DNA of 64,000 bases from Lachnospiraceae bacterium (GTDB lineage Bacteria; Bacillota; Clostridia; Lachnospirales; Lachnospiraceae), in assembly GCA_030531245.1 (NCBI GenBank), contig JAUNOA010000003.1, forward strand, positions 8,261 through 72,260. The letters are read 5' to 3'. Made by a program: the position numbers and the translations under genes. Positions 1-9,461 of the stretch are shown here, in pieces (position 1 is the stretch's first letter; the number at the start of each line of letters is the position of its first letter). A model generated the notes under the pieces. It saw nothing but the letters and a program-made list of their open reading frames with translations. It searched no databases and was not told the DNA's origin.

Positions 1-997
<997 letters not shown>

Positions 998-1003
998 TTT
1001 ATA

Positions 1004-2656
1004 TTATACACCAAAAATATTACCACCTACAAATTCGCTTAGCAGGGAATTTGCAGGAATCAGATGTGACGGAATAGTTAAAAAGTAATCCAGCATTTTA
1101 AGTAGTCTGGATGCAATTCCATATGATGGTTCATCTTTGTTTATACCGAAAAGCAACGCTTCGGCATATGGCTTCAATGCCCCGATTTCATAAATCATTG
1201 AGGAATTGAATATTGCATCTGCACTTTCTCTGAAAGGAAGTATGTACTTTTCTTCTCCCCTTCTTACCGAAGACCACATTTCTATGGTGGCTGAAGCGGA
1301 CAGACTCCTGTCTCTGGAATCTCTGATGATCCTTCGTATCAACCGGATATCATTGGAACTGATAAAATCTATATTGTCGATATTGAACTGAGACATCGGA
1401 GAGATGAAAATTTTGAAAACATTCTCTTTCGGCAATCCGCCTATCATCTTCGGGTCCAGACAGTGAATACCTTCTGCTATTATAAGACTGTTATCTGTCA
1501 GCTGAAGAGTGTCTCCGAGATACTCTCTGCTCCCGGATTTAAAATTATAAGTAGGCATACTGACAGAATTTCCTGAAAGTAAGCTTTTACAGTCAGAAAC
1601 AAACTGTTCGATATCCATTGCCTCCAGACATTCATAATCCGGCATACCGTTTTCATCAATAGGTGTATATTCTCTTGGCTTGTAATAGTTATCCGTAGCA
1701 ATAGGATAACTTTTCAGCCCGTTAACTTTCAACTGAACAGACAGCCTGTGGGAAAAAGTCGTTTTACCCGAACTTGACGGTCCTGCTATAAGAACGATCT
1801 TTATTTTTTTGTCTGAAGCAATCTTTCTTGCAATATCGCTTATCTGTTTCTCCATCAATGCTTCCTGCATAAGTATAGGAGCAAGAAAACCATCACGCGT
1901 GATGTGATCATTAAAATCGGATACTGTACTTATATCTGCGGCACTCATCAGGCCGTTATAGTCATATAATGCGTTAAACAGCTTCTTGCTGCAGCTGAAC
2001 GGCTCGGTTTCTTTCGGATTTGTAGTTTTCGGAGTTACAAGAACCATTCCTTTTTTATATTGAATCAGATTGAAACTCCTGATATCCTTAGAATTTGTGG
2101 ATACAAAATCAAAGAAGTAATTACTGAGATCCTCCATAGTATATATGGTTACAGTAGAAGATCTTCTGTATCTCAGAAGATTGATTTTATCCGTCATTCC
2201 CAAAGTGCCGAAAAGCTCTATAGCCTGATCAACACCCATTTTTTCTTTTTTAATAGGAATGGCTCTGTCAATGATTTCCTGCATTTTTTCTTTAATGCTC
2301 TTTACAAATGCTTTAGAAACCTCATATCCTGCCATTTCGATATAAAGTCCGTTTCCAATACTGAAAGCTACTTTAAGAGCTTTCAAGGGAATGGATGGAT
2401 AGGCCTCCTTAACAGCCTTCAAAAGAACAAATACTGCTGTCTTCTGATATACTCTGTTTCCTTCAGGTGTTGAGATATCCAGCGGAAATATCGTACTGTC
2501 TGTATACATTTTATGAAAAAGCCCATAATACTCATAATTGGCTTTACACAAAGTAACTCCCTGATCCGGTGCATTTGCATTGATAATATCAATTAACGGA
2601 ATTCCAGGATCACATTCAAAGGTATTATTATTCAGTTTTATTTTAATTCTCTTCAT
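1004..2656 (-). CDS. Uridine/nucleoside kinase family protein with TGS/ThrRS-N-like N-terminal domain
   Basis: 550 aa ORF. The C-terminal half has the P-loop AGPSSSGKTTF and uridine kinase/PRK-like sequence. The N-terminal ~170 aa resembles the TGS plus second-additional-domain region of ThrRS. Confidence 0.75.
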   Translation of the reverse strand: MKRIKIKLNNNTFECDPGIPLIDIINANAPDQGVTLCKANYEYYGLFHKMYTDSTIFPLDISTPEGNRVYQKTAVFVLLKAVKEAYPSIPLKALKVAFSIGNGLYIEMAGYEVSKAFVKSIKEKMQEIIDRAIPIKKEKMGVDQAIELFGTLGMTDKINLLRYRRSSTVTIYTMEDLSNYFFDFVSTNSKDIRSFNLIQYKKGMVLVTPKTTNPKETEPFSCSKKLFNALYDYNGLMSAADISTVSDFNDHITRDGFLAPILMQEALMEKQISDIARKIASDKKIKIVLIAGPSSSGKTTFSHRLSVQLKVNGLKSYPIATDNYYKPREYTPIDENGMPDYECLEAMDIEQFVSDCKSLLSGNSVSMPTYNFKSGSREYLGDTLQLTDNSLIIAEGIHCLDPKMIGGLPKENVFKIFISPMSQFNIDNIDFISSNDIRLIRRIIRDSRDRSLSASATIEMWSSVRRGEEKYILPFRESADAIFNSSMIYEIGALKPYAEALLFGINKDEPSYGIASRLLKMLDYFLTIPSHLIPANSLLSEFVGGNIFGV

Positions 2657-3296
2657 AGATTCTGTTTATAGCCATATCGACTATCTTAAGGTATTCTGAC
2701 TTCTGGGGTATATTCAAAAATTTAGCTTTTTCTTTTAAAAGATATTCTTTCAGACAACTGTTTTTTCTTTCGATCAGTATCCTCCCGAAATAATCATCAC
2801 AGTCTGTATCATCATGAGTTAACTCTTTTTCTTCTTTAACCGCTTTGATTATAAGATAATACTTTCCTGAATCAACAAGCATGTCTTCGTCTGTTATCGA
2901 ATAATGATTATTCCTGAGGCATTTCCTGACAGACTCATAATGCGTATGTGGAGAAATGATCAGTTCCTCTGCTTTATCCGGGTCATCTGAGATTATCCTG
3001 CTAATAAGATCTCCTCCCATACCGGATATAACAGCACACCTTACTTCATGATTCTTCAGTTGTTGGAGCCCGTCCGAAAGTCTGCATATGATTTTATCTT
3101 CCAGACCGTGTTCCTCAATATGTTTTTGAGCGATCCGAAGCGGACCGTCTTTGATATCCATTGCTATTGCCGAAGGACATTTACCGGTTGATACAAGTTC
3201 AATCGGAAGATAAGCATGATCTGTACCGATATCGGCAACTGTATATCCGGGTGTAACCATATCCGCTATTTTTTGCAATCTATGAGATAAATTCAT
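2643..3296 (-). CDS. trmK: tRNA (adenine(22)-N1)-methyltransferase
   Basis: 217 aa. [12 protein letters not shown]...[14 protein letters not shown]...ISGMGGDLI matches the TrmK/YqfN family. It lies directly downstream of rpoD, as in Bacillus. Confidence 0.85.
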   Translation of the reverse strand: MNLSHRLQKIADMVTPGYTVADIGTDHAYLPIELVSTGKCPSAIAMDIKDGPLRIAQKHIEEHGLEDKIICRLSDGLQQLKNHEVRCAVISGMGGDLISRIISDDPDKAEELIISPHTHYESVRKCLRNNHYSITDEDMLVDSGKYYLIIKAVKEEKELTHDDTDCDDYFGRILIERKNSCLKEYLLKEKAKFLNIPQKSEYLKIVDMAINRIYEEN

Positions 3297-4258
3297 ACTA
3301 TAAAATCCCTTAGTGACTGTGATCTGCTCGGATTTCTAAGTCGCCTTAAAGCCTTGGCTTCGATTTGTCTGACTCTCTCACGTGTAATGTTAAAATGCTC
3401 ACCGACTTCTTCCAGCGTATGAATCTTACCATCCTCCAGTCCGAATCGCATTTCAAGTACCGTACGTTCTCTATCCGTCAACTCATCGAGTACTTTATCA
3501 ATTTCCTCTTTCAGCATCTTCTGAGTCATCTCGAACTCTGGATTGTTGCCGTTCTCATCGGCAATCATATCCTCAATCGTTGTTCCGTCTTCATTTATGG
3601 ACGCATCCATAGATACAGAATCTTTATAAGCATTAAGTTTTTCTGCGATATCCTCCTGCGTAAATCCCGTAGCATCACTCAATTCCTGCAGGGTTGGCTC
3701 ACGGCCGTACTGTTGAGCAAGTTCTTTCTGTTTATTAAGAATCTTGTTAATATTCTCGGTAACATGAACAGGTATCCTGATATTTCTGGACTGATCGGCT
3801 ATCGCTCTGGAAATCGTCTGACGAATCCAGTTCGTTCCGTAAGTGGAAAAACGGCAGCCTTTGGTATAGTCAAACATATCCACAGCTTTCATAAGGCCGA
3901 TATTTCCTTCCTGAATAAGATCCATCAGGGGAAGACCTCTTCCACAGTATTTTTTTGCTATGCTTACCACCAGCCTGAGATTTGCTTCGGTCAGTTTTCT
4001 TTTTGCCTCAGCTCTTTCAGAGGCATTTCCTTCCCTGATCAATCGTCCGAGTTCTTTCTCTTCTTCAGGGGAAAGCAGCTGGAATTCACCGATTTCATTC
4101 AGATACAGCTGTTCGGTAGATGATGCTTCTTCCGCCTCATACCCTTCCAGTTCAACAGGTTTAATATCTTCTTCCTGTTCCTGATACAGCATATCATTAT
4201 CAGGCTGCTCCGCTTCTATGCTATGGATCATTTCAGGACTATTTTTTTGTTCTTCCAT
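3293..4258 (-). CDS. rpoD: RNA polymerase primary sigma factor
   Basis: 321 aa with region 2 ([34 protein letters not shown]) and region 4 ([28 protein letters not shown]). A GGAG Shine-Dalgarno (SD) ribosome-binding sequence precedes the ATG. An alternative ATG at 4231 overlaps the dnaG stop. Confidence 0.95.
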   Translation of the reverse strand: MEEQKNSPEMIHSIEAEQPDNDMLYQEQEEDIKPVELEGYEAEEASSTEQLYLNEIGEFQLLSPEEEKELGRLIREGNASERAEAKRKLTEANLRLVVSIAKKYCGRGLPLMDLIQEGNIGLMKAVDMFDYTKGCRFSTYGTNWIRQTISRAIADQSRNIRIPVHVTENINKILNKQKELAQQYGREPTLQELSDATGFTQEDIAEKLNAYKDSVSMDASINEDGTTIEDMIADENGNNPEFEMTQKMLKEEIDKVLDELTDRERTVLEMRFGLEDGKIHTLEEVGEHFNITRERVRQIEAKALRRLRNPSRSQSLRDFIV

Positions 4259-5964
4259 TCACCCTGCTCCTTCATATTGCTCTGTAATGACTGAATATCC
4301 GCCGCATCTTTTATCTTTCTGTCTATCGACGACTGTTTGATTCTGACAATTGCCGCAGCCAGAGCGTTTTTATAATCATCGGAAATTGCTCCCGAATTAT
4401 AATTCAATATACCTGCGATAATGTCCGACCGTTCCTTATCATCAGTATATTCATTAAAAATTGACGCACTGTCCTGCCCGTTTGCGATGCGTTCAAACAA
4501 ATCTTTATATAACTCTCCGTCAAAATCATCCGCATTAAGATATTTAACAATCTGATTCTTAATGGATTCGTCTCCCGAAACAGCAGAAATGATAAATGCC
4601 TGTGTCTTCATCAGCCCCTCATCGGCTTTTTTCAGTTTGGCAGGTTCGTAAACAGGCTTAATATCCTTTTTACCGTATCCTTTATTGCCGACGCTGTTTA
4701 CAAGTTTTTTCAGGTCTGCATAAGGAATCATATATTTGGACGCCACCGCTCTTGTATAATTGTCTCTTTCCAATGCTTCGGAAAACTCACAAAGCAGCTC
4801 TGCGGTTTTATGTTCAAACTCTGTTTTCTGCTGAGGATCATTCATATCATACTTCGAACGGATGACCCCTATACTCCATATAAATGAATTTTCGGCAGCT
4901 GCTATCCTTTTATCCAGCTCATCGGTCCCGAAACGTGACAGGAATTCATCGGGATCCTTTGCCGGAGAAAGGTTCAGTATCTTAACACTAATTCCTGCAT
5001 CATTTAGCATAGGAATAGCTCTCTGCGCCGCATTGATACCTGCTTCGTCCGAATCATAGGTCAGAATAACCTTATCGACATACCTTTTAATGATCAACGG
5101 CTGATTTGAAGTCAGAGATGTCCCGAGAGAAGCTACGGCATTGGTATATCCGGCCTGATGCATGGCAATAACATCCATGTTGCCTTCACAAAGGAAAAAA
5201 TAATCTTTTCTCGATTTTCTGGCATAATTCAGTCCGAACAGAAATCTGTTTTTCTCAAAGATTTTTGTTTCCGGAGAATTCATGTATTTAGGCATTCCGT
5301 CTCCGAGAACTCTTCCTCCGAAACCGATCACTTTATTGTTCACATCCATCAGAGGAAACATAACTCTGTTCCAGAATTTATCATGTGCACCTTTTTCTTC
5401 TATGGTAACAAGACCGGATTCTTTAAGAACAGTATCATCATATCCTTTGCTCTTGAGCATTTTATAGAGTTTATCGGAACCGATACCGGTATAACCGAGT
5501 CCGAAGTTTCTTATGGTGGCATCGGAAAGACCTCTTTTCCGGAAATATTCGAGTCCGGCTTTGCCGTTTTCGGAAACAAGTATATGATAATAATAATTAG
5601 CTGCTGTTTTATGGATCTCGAGCAATTTCATTTTCAAATCAGCTTCTGCCTTGCTTTGATTTGAAATTTTTATTTCAGGAAGCTTAATACCAACTCTGTC
5701 AGCTAAATAACGTATAGCCTCTTCAAATGTAAAATTCTCATATTGCATTATAAAGGTTATTACATTGCCTCCGCTGTGACAGCCGAAACAATAGTACATC
5801 TGCTTGGCTCTGGAAACTGAAAAAGATGGCGTCTTTTCTGAATGGAAGGGACAAAGTCCGAACCAGCTGCTGCCTCGTTTTTCCAGTTTTACATACGAAG
5901 AAATAACGTCAACAATATCGTTGGCACTTCTGATTTCTTCAATTATCTCATCCGGATAGCGCAA
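4228..5964 (-). CDS. dnaG: DNA primase
   Basis: 578 aa with the zinc-ribbon [14 protein letters not shown]...[10 protein letters not shown], then the TOPRIM region ([14 protein letters not shown]...DSDEAG). TTG start 5 nt after GGAGGT. Confidence 0.95.
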   Translation of the reverse strand: MRYPDEIIEEIRSANDIVDVISSYVKLEKRGSSWFGLCPFHSEKTPSFSVSRAKQMYYCFGCHSGGNVITFIMQYENFTFEEAIRYLADRVGIKLPEIKISNQSKAEADLKMKLLEIHKTAANYYYHILVSENGKAGLEYFRKRGLSDATIRNFGLGYTGIGSDKLYKMLKSKGYDDTVLKESGLVTIEEKGAHDKFWNRVMFPLMDVNNKVIGFGGRVLGDGMPKYMNSPETKIFEKNRFLFGLNYARKSRKDYFFLCEGNMDVIAMHQAGYTNAVASLGTSLTSNQPLIIKRYVDKVILTYDSDEAGINAAQRAIPMLNDAGISVKILNLSPAKDPDEFLSRFGTDELDKRIAAAENSFIWSIGVIRSKYDMNDPQQKTEFEHKTAELLCEFSEALERDNYTRAVASKYMIPYADLKKLVNSVGNKGYGKKDIKPVYEPAKLKKADEGLMKTQAFIISAVSGDESIKNQIVKYLNADDFDGELYKDLFERIANGQDSASIFNEYTDDKERSDIIAGILNYNSGAISDDYKNALAAAIVRIKQSSIDRKIKDAADIQSLQSNMKEQGEWKNKKIVLK

Positions 5965-6002
5965 ACATTACCTCCATACACTTATATCATAAGAATTATA
6001 AC

Positions 6003-6034
6003 ACAAAAGAAATACACAGGCAAACCGCCTGTGT
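6003..6034 (-). terminator. Rho-independent terminator after tRNA-Leu(AAG)
   Basis: 8-bp stem ACACAGGC (6014-6021) / GCCTGTGT (6027-6034). On the minus strand it is followed by ATTTCTTTTGTGT. Confidence 0.6.
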
Positions 6035-6044
6035 ATTAATAGTC

Positions 6045-6128
6045 TGCGGGAAAAGGGACTTGAACCCTCACGGATATTCCTCCACTAGATCCTTAGTCTA
6101 GCCTGTCTGCCAATTCCAGCATCCCCGC
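6045..6128 (-). tRNA. tRNA-Leu, anticodon AAG (A34), class II long variable arm
   Basis: Hand-folded cloverleaf: acceptor GCGGGGA/TTCCCGC, D stem CTG/CAG, anticodon stem CTAGA/TCTAG, loop CTAAGGA, variable arm, and T arm GAGGG-TTCAAGT-CCCTT. No encoded CCA. It aligns column for column with the neighbouring tRNA-Leu. Confidence 0.85.
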
Positions 6129-6139
6129 GAACGAATGAC

Positions 6140-6168
6140 ATTGTAACATAAGGGTATATAAAATGCAA
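6140..6168 (-). promoter_or_regulatory. Sigma-A type promoter for tRNA-Leu(AAG)
   Basis: The minus strand has TTGCAT (6168-6163), a 17-nt spacer, and TACAAT (6145-6140), 11 nt before the mature tRNA 5' end. Confidence 0.6.
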
Positions 6169-6176
6169 GCTTTTTA

Positions 6177-6205
6177 TTGACATAAAACAAAAAAAATTAT
6201 ATACT
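6177..6205 (+). promoter_or_regulatory. Sigma-A type promoter for tRNA-Leu(CAG)
   Basis: TTGACA (6177-6182), a 17-nt spacer, and TATACT (6200-6205), 9 nt before the tRNA 5' end. Confidence 0.65.
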
Positions 6206-6214
6206 ACGAATGTT

Positions 6215-6298
6215 GCAGAAGTGGCGGAATTGGCAGACGCGCACGGTTCAGGTCCGTGTGATAGCAATATCATGAGGGTTCAAGTCCCTTCTTCTGCA
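6215..6298 (+). tRNA. tRNA-Leu, anticodon CAG
   Basis: Acceptor GCAGAAG/CTTCTGC, anticodon stem CACGG/CCGTG, loop TTCAGGT, long variable arm, and T arm GAGGG-TTCAAGT-CCCTT. Confidence 0.9.
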
Positions 6299-6304
6299 TA
6301 ATAT

Positions 6305-6332
6305 AAAACAGGCGACATCAGTCGCCTGTTTT
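6305..6332. terminator. Bidirectional Rho-independent terminator (tRNA-Leu(CAG) / rplT)
   Basis: 9-bp stem ACAGGCGAC / GTCGCCTGT with loop ATCA, flanked by AAAA upstream and TTTT downstream. Confidence 0.8.
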
Positions 6333-6347
6333 CATATTATGCAGATA

Positions 6348-6695
6348 TCAACCTTTAACCTTTTCAACAAGTGCCTTGAAACCTTCAGCATCATTAACTG
6401 CAAGCTCTGCAAGCATCTTTCTGTTGATATCAATATTATTCTGTTTAAGACCATACATAAACTTGGAATATGAAAGTCCGTTCATACGACAAGCTGCATT
6501 GATTCTTGCGATCCAAAGCTGTCTGAACTGACGCTTCTTTTCTTTACGTCCTCTGTAAGCACTTGTAAGTGCTCTCATTACAGACTGTTTTGCAATTCTA
6601 TACTGTTTGCTGCGAGCTCCTCTGTAGCCCTTAGCCATCTTTAATACTCTATTATGCTTAGCTCTGCTATGCATACCACCTTTAATTCTTGCCAT
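6348..6695 (-). CDS. rplT: 50S ribosomal protein L20
   Basis: 115 aa, [37 protein letters not shown]..., a typical L20 sequence. Confidence 0.97.
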   Translation of the reverse strand: MARIKGGMHSRAKHNRVLKMAKGYRGARSKQYRIAKQSVMRALTSAYRGRKEKKRQFRQLWIARINAACRMNGLSYSKFMYGLKQNNIDINRKMLAELAVNDAEGFKALVEKVKG

Positions 6696-6733
6696 TTCTA
6701 TGTCCTCCTAAGTCTTAATTAAGCAATCAACAA

Positions 6734-6931
6734 TTACAGATATGGTAATAACTTCTTCATTACCTTTGCATTTGTCTCGTCTGTAATAATGTCTTTTCTG
6801 AGATTTCTCTTTCTCTTTGTTGACTTCTTAGCTAAGATATGTGACTTATAAGCTTTATTTCTTACTAACTTGCCTGTACCTGTTGTACTGAATCTCTTTG
6901 CTGCCGCTCTTTTAGTTTTTACCTTTGGCAT
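6734..6931 (-). CDS. rpmI: 50S ribosomal protein L35
   Basis: 65 aa, [27 protein letters not shown], a typical L35 sequence. Confidence 0.95.
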   Translation of the reverse strand: MPKVKTKRAAAKRFSTTGTGKLVRNKAYKSHILAKKSTKRKRNLRKDIITDETNAKVMKKLLPYL

Positions 6932-6946
6932 AACTTATTCCTCCAT

Positions 6947-7456
6947 TTAATTTTTCTTCGCAGTTAAAAACATAACGAGACTTCTGCCTTCAGCTTTGGA
7001 TGGTTTATCAATGCTGGAAATATCGGATAGCTTCTCCGCAAAATCATCAAGGATATGCTTGGAAGCATTCATCCTGGCAATTTCTCTTCCTCTGAAACGA
7101 AGAGTAACCTTAACCTTATTTCCTTTTTCGAGGAACTTTCTTGCAGCACTGATTTTAGTGTTAAGATCATTGTCATCGATATTCGGTGACAGTCTGACCT
7201 CTTTAACTTCAATCACCTTTTGCTTCTTTTTGGCATCTTTTTCTTTTCTTGCAGCTTCATAACGGAATTTCCCGTAATCGATTATTTTACAAACCGGGGG
7301 ATTTGCCGTTGGAGCTATAAGAACAAGATCGAGGTTTGCTTCATCTGCTTTCTGTAATGCTTCTGAAATCGGAACAACGCCAAGCTGTTCTCCCTCTGTA
7401 CCAATGAGACGAACTTCTGTTGCTTTGATCTGTTCGTTTATTAATTGTTCGCTAAT
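6947..7456 (-). CDS. infC: Translation initiation factor IF-3 (ATT start)
   Basis: The ORF track only shows the part from an internal ATG (6947..7216). The frame stays open upstream and reads (ATT)SEQLINEQIKATEVRLIGTEGEQLGVVPISEALQKADEANLDLVLIAPTANPPVCKIIDYGKFRYE..., the conserved IF-3 N-domain. ATT at 7456-7454 lies 6 nt after GGAGGT. The length of 510 nt is in frame. Confidence 0.9.
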   Translation of the reverse strand: MSEQLINEQIKATEVRLIGTEGEQLGVVPISEALQKADEANLDLVLIAPTANPPVCKIIDYGKFRYEAARKEKDAKKKQKVIEVKEVRLSPNIDDNDLNTKISAARKFLEKGNKVKVTLRFRGREIARMNASKHILDDFAEKLSDISSIDKPSKAEGRSLVMFLTAKKN

Positions 7457-7469
7457 TGTTTTTACCTCC

Positions 7470-7596
7470 GTTTAAATCAAAAAAGCCGATAGAAAACACA
7501 CTATCCGCCATAAGAATCCCGTATCGGGAATTATGAACCAGGGTCACTCTTGTGCCGAGGTGAGACGAATGTCTGCTTTCTTTTTACAACGCTGAT
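7470..7596 (-). promoter_or_regulatory. Putative L20-type ribosomal-protein leader with attenuator terminator upstream of infC-rpmI-rplT
   Basis: ~125-nt untranslated leader between the predicted promoter and the infC SD. It ends in a hairpin (GGCGGATAG...CTATCGGC, 7484-7509) followed by TTTTTT on the minus strand. The position matches the Firmicute L20 leader. The structure was not verified with a covariance model. Confidence 0.5.
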
Positions 7597-7625
7597 ATTC
7601 TAACAGAATACCAGCGTTGTGTCAA
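7597..7625 (-). promoter_or_regulatory. Sigma-A type promoter for infC operon
   Basis: The minus strand has TTGACA (7625-7620), a 17-nt spacer, and TAGAAT (7602-7597). Confidence 0.55.
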
Positions 7626-7639
7626 GTAATAAAAGTGTA

Positions 7640-9418
7640 TTACTGAGGGATTATTGTCTCCCTTGTTATAATCTGATTATGAAGCAATGCTTTGAACTCT
7701 TCCGGTTTCATGGTAACCGTATCACCTGTATCTCTTGATCTGACGCTTACGGTTCCTTCCTCAACTTCTTTCTGTCCGAGGATAAGCATATAAGGAGCTC
7801 TGTCAACCATCTGAGCCTCTCTGATCTTGTAGCCTATCTTCTCATCTCTGTCATCCAGTATCGCACGGATTCCTTCGTCTTTAAGCTCCTGATATACCTT
7901 TGATGCATAATCATTGGATTTATCCGAAACCGGAAGAACCTTGACCTGAACCGGTGCAAGCCATACAGGGAATTTTCCTGCAAAATGCTCTGTGAGGATA
8001 CCTATAAATCTCTCGATAGATCCGAAGCATACACGATGAATCATGACAGGACGCTGTCTTGTATCGTTTTCATCATTATACTCAAGATTGAAATTCAGAG
8101 GCATCTGGAAATCAAGCTGAATGGTTCCGCACTGCCATGTTCTGCCGATGGAATCCTGAAGATGGAAATCGATCTTCGGTCCGTAGAAAGCTCCGTCACC
8201 TTCGTTGACGATATAATCAAGTCCGAGTTTTTCGAGTGCTGTCTTAAGTCCGTTTGTAGCTGCTTCCCAGTCTTCGTCCGAACCCATTGAATTTTCAGGT
8301 CTGGTTGACAGTTCAATGAAATATTTGAATCCGAATTTGGTATATACTTCATTGATCAGATGAACTACATTCATGATTTCACCCTGGATCTGATCCTGAC
8401 GCATGAAGATGTGTGCATCATCCTGCGTGAAGCAGCGAACTCTGAACAGTCCGTGCAGAGCACCTTTAAGCTCATGGCGATGAACTACTCCGAGCTCAGC
8501 AGCTCTGATAGGAAGCTCCTTATATGAGTGTGGCTCACTTGCATAAACCATAACACCACCCGGGCAGTTCATAGGCTTTATACAGTAATCTTCTTCGTCG
8601 ATAACTGTTGAATACATATTATCCTTATAATGATCCCAGTGTCCGGATGTTTCCCAGAGATGGCGGTTCATAATAAGCGGAGTTGACAGTTCAACATATC
8701 CGTTTGCTTTATGAAGATCTCTCCAGTAACTGATCAGCTCGTTTTTAAGAATCATTCCGTTAGGAAGGAAGAAAGGAAATCCCGGTGCCTCATCACGAAG
8801 CATAAACAGCTTCATTTCCTTACCGATCTTTCTGTGATCACGGCGGGCAGCTTCTTCCATAAGTTTCACGTATGCATCAAGATCTTCCTGACTTGCGAAT
8901 GCTATACCATTGATACGTGTAAGCATTTTGTTGTTCTTATCAGCTTTCCAGTATGCACCGCTGACCTGTGTAAGCTTAAATGCCTTAAGTGCTTTTGTAT
9001 ATGTAAGATGAGGTCCTACACACATATCGATATACTCGCCCTGCTGATAGAAGCTTATCTGTGCATCTGCGGGAAGATCGTTGATATGCTCAACTTTATA
9101 TTTTTCACCTCTGTCCTGCATAAGCTTTATTGCTTCTGCTCTCGGAAGGATATATGCCTTGATCGGAAGATTCTCTTTTGTGATTTTCTTCATTTCAGCT
9201 TCGATTTTCGGTAAATCATCATCGCTGAGAGTCTCATCGCCCAGATCAACGTCATAATAGAAACCGTTATCAGTTGCCGGACCGTATCCGAAATCGGCCT
9301 GAGGATACAATCTCTTGATTGCCTGAGCCATAATATGAGCGGCCGTATGTCTTATTACATGAAGTTCCTCTTCCTTCGGACATTCATTTACTGTTCCATC
9401 ATTATAAATAACTTTCAT
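7640..9418 (-). CDS. thrS: Threonine--tRNA ligase (short N-terminus)
   Basis: 592 aa with the editing-domain motif HTAAHIMAQAIKRLYP...GFYYD, the class II catalytic core (FRVRCFTQDDAHIF, GTIQLDF) and a C-terminal anticodon-binding domain. GGAGGAG SD. Confidence 0.95.
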   Translation of the reverse strand: MKVIYNDGTVNECPKEEELHVIRHTAAHIMAQAIKRLYPQADFGYGPATDNGFYYDVDLGDETLSDDDLPKIEAEMKKITKENLPIKAYILPRAEAIKLMQDRGEKYKVEHINDLPADAQISFYQQGEYIDMCVGPHLTYTKALKAFKLTQVSGAYWKADKNNKMLTRINGIAFASQEDLDAYVKLMEEAARRDHRKIGKEMKLFMLRDEAPGFPFFLPNGMILKNELISYWRDLHKANGYVELSTPLIMNRHLWETSGHWDHYKDNMYSTVIDEEDYCIKPMNCPGGVMVYASEPHSYKELPIRAAELGVVHRHELKGALHGLFRVRCFTQDDAHIFMRQDQIQGEIMNVVHLINEVYTKFGFKYFIELSTRPENSMGSDEDWEAATNGLKTALEKLGLDYIVNEGDGAFYGPKIDFHLQDSIGRTWQCGTIQLDFQMPLNFNLEYNDENDTRQRPVMIHRVCFGSIERFIGILTEHFAGKFPVWLAPVQVKVLPVSDKSNDYASKVYQELKDEGIRAILDDRDEKIGYKIREAQMVDRAPYMLILGQKEVEEGTVSVRSRDTGDTVTMKPEEFKALLHNQIITRETIIPQ

Positions 9419-9461
9419 TTTTTCTCCTCCGACTTCTCCCCTACAACAGGAGCGAGTCTAA

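Noticed and set aside
3365-4123. Long antisense ORFs opposite well-recognised housekeeping genes (3365-4123 vs rpoD, 10206-10847 vs mgtE, 19782-20447 vs rsmD/L,D-transpeptidase, 27561-28157 vs pgsA, 32924-33619 vs serS, and others in the track).
   Set aside because: Each lies fully inside a gene with unmistakable family motifs on the other strand. Their translations are low-complexity (F/L/S/I/C-rich) with no recognisable motifs, SD sequences or promoters. This is a typical codon-bias artefact.
6085-6273. 62-aa ORF spanning the two tRNA-Leu genes.
   Set aside because: It overlaps both tRNA genes and their promoters, so it is an artefact.
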